A stretch of DNA of 63,611 nucleotides, the filler included, from Welwitschia mirabilis (lineage: Eukaryota): assembly GCA_051453625.1 (NCBI GenBank). It is 6 parts of one record of this genome, joined end to end, with 100 filler letters (N's around TTAATTAATTAA, not from the genome) between each part and the next. Parts side by side here need not be neighbours in the genome. Positions count along the whole stretch, not along the records: positions 59,964 to 63,611 come from JBOZIK010000001.1; 5 more parts are not named here. One strand, 5' to 3'. This document shows positions 62,696 through 63,611 of the stretch, piece by piece. Under the pieces are notes generated by a model. That model was not told the DNA's origin and made no database searches. It saw only the letters and a program-made list of their open reading frames with translations. The position numbers were made by a program, and so were the translations under genes. Position 1 is the first letter of the stretch, and the number at the start of each line of letters is the position of its first letter.

Positions 62696-62900
62696 TTTGG
62701 CGCTAAAAAGAGGATAGCCTTTAAGCCTATCTAGGTTAGTTTGAAGTTTTTCTAGTTGCTATTTATTTCTTGTTAATAGACTCTTAAATATGATAGTTTT
62801 GTGTTGAGATAATGCCATCTTTAAGTGAATAAATAGATTCCTATGCCTCCATGGAATATTTCAAAAAATTAATAGAAATTGTAATGAGCTACATAAGCAA

Positions 62901-63611
62901 GTGGACCTATTGATAGAGGCACAAAGGGGAAAAAATGAATCTAAAATTATTGAAGGGGTATATTGGAAAGATGAAGAATATTTTTATTTAGCTCCTTTAA
63001 ATATACATCATGATCCTTTTATTACATCTAATCTTGTGGATTCCTCAGTGATAGATATTAATGAAGAAAATATTATATCTACATTTTTTAATAATCCTAA
63101 TGAAGATGATGAAGATGAGGTTTTCACAACAAAAGGATATAATGATCATCATCTAGAAATTTATATCAATGAAGAATACAAAAATTTAAGTGAACTTTGC
63201 CTAAAAATGAAAAATAGTAGAGAAGAGTGTGAAGAATATCCATTTGAATTAAGCATATTTGAAGAGGAATGTACCAATTAAAGAAAAAATTATCATCTAC
63301 ATTAGAGGAGGTAGTTAATGGAAATAAAAAAGATGAACTAAATGAATATACATTAAAGGACATAAAATAAAAGCTTATAAATATTCCTCAAGGTTTCATC
63401 TCAATTAAGAATTTACTCCATAATTTTGAACATAGTGAGTTAGAAATGATGGCAAAAGGTTTCTACAAGTATCAAGTAAGACATTGGAAAAAAAGAAAAT
63501 TAAAAAGATTGATGCTCAAAAATAGCTTTAAACATTTAAATATTTTCCAAAATGATTTACGCATTAAAAAAAAGGAATAATTTCAGATATATAACTCTAA
63601 TTTGATAAAAT
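62901..63611 (+). pseudogene. Acidic degenerate ORF downstream of the PBS (gag N-terminus or pre-gag extra ORF)
   Basis: 126-aa D/E-rich ORF ~200 bp after the PBS, with purine-rich coding-like sequence continuing to the window end. No recognised motif. Confidence 0.35.

Overview
AT-rich, CpG-depleted plant nuclear heterochromatin from a gapped draft assembly: many N gaps, five of them with an artificial TTAATTAATTAA contig linker. No intact host gene is visible. The window is a nested pile of degenerate transposons. (i) Athila-like Ty3/Gypsy elements with a tRNA-Asp-type PBS: A (1-9165, -), D (33124-41003, +, tandem and internally deleted), E (41004-52051, -), F (56920-59863, -). (ii) A second, divergent non-chromovirus Gypsy family: B (9460-~18900) and C (~18917-22517), both +. 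(iii) A cluster of Sirevirus-type Copia elements and LTRs (23690-33022). (iv) A CACTA/En-Spm element (from 52052) carrying captured PPR and cyclophilin gene fragments upstream of its transposase start. (v) An internally deleted chromovirus (59964-~61000) and a further LTR/PBS at the right end. Most notable: a ~170-nt conserved, hairpin-forming non-coding module just downstream of integrase in both Gypsy families (7 copies); a codon-conserved ~235-codon antisense ORF in the B/C family; multi-gene capture by the CACTA; a GC-rich 174-bp insert with a 3-bp duplication; and a PPT-LTR-PBS shared LTR. All calls are by eye and manual translation, and domain boundaries are approximate.
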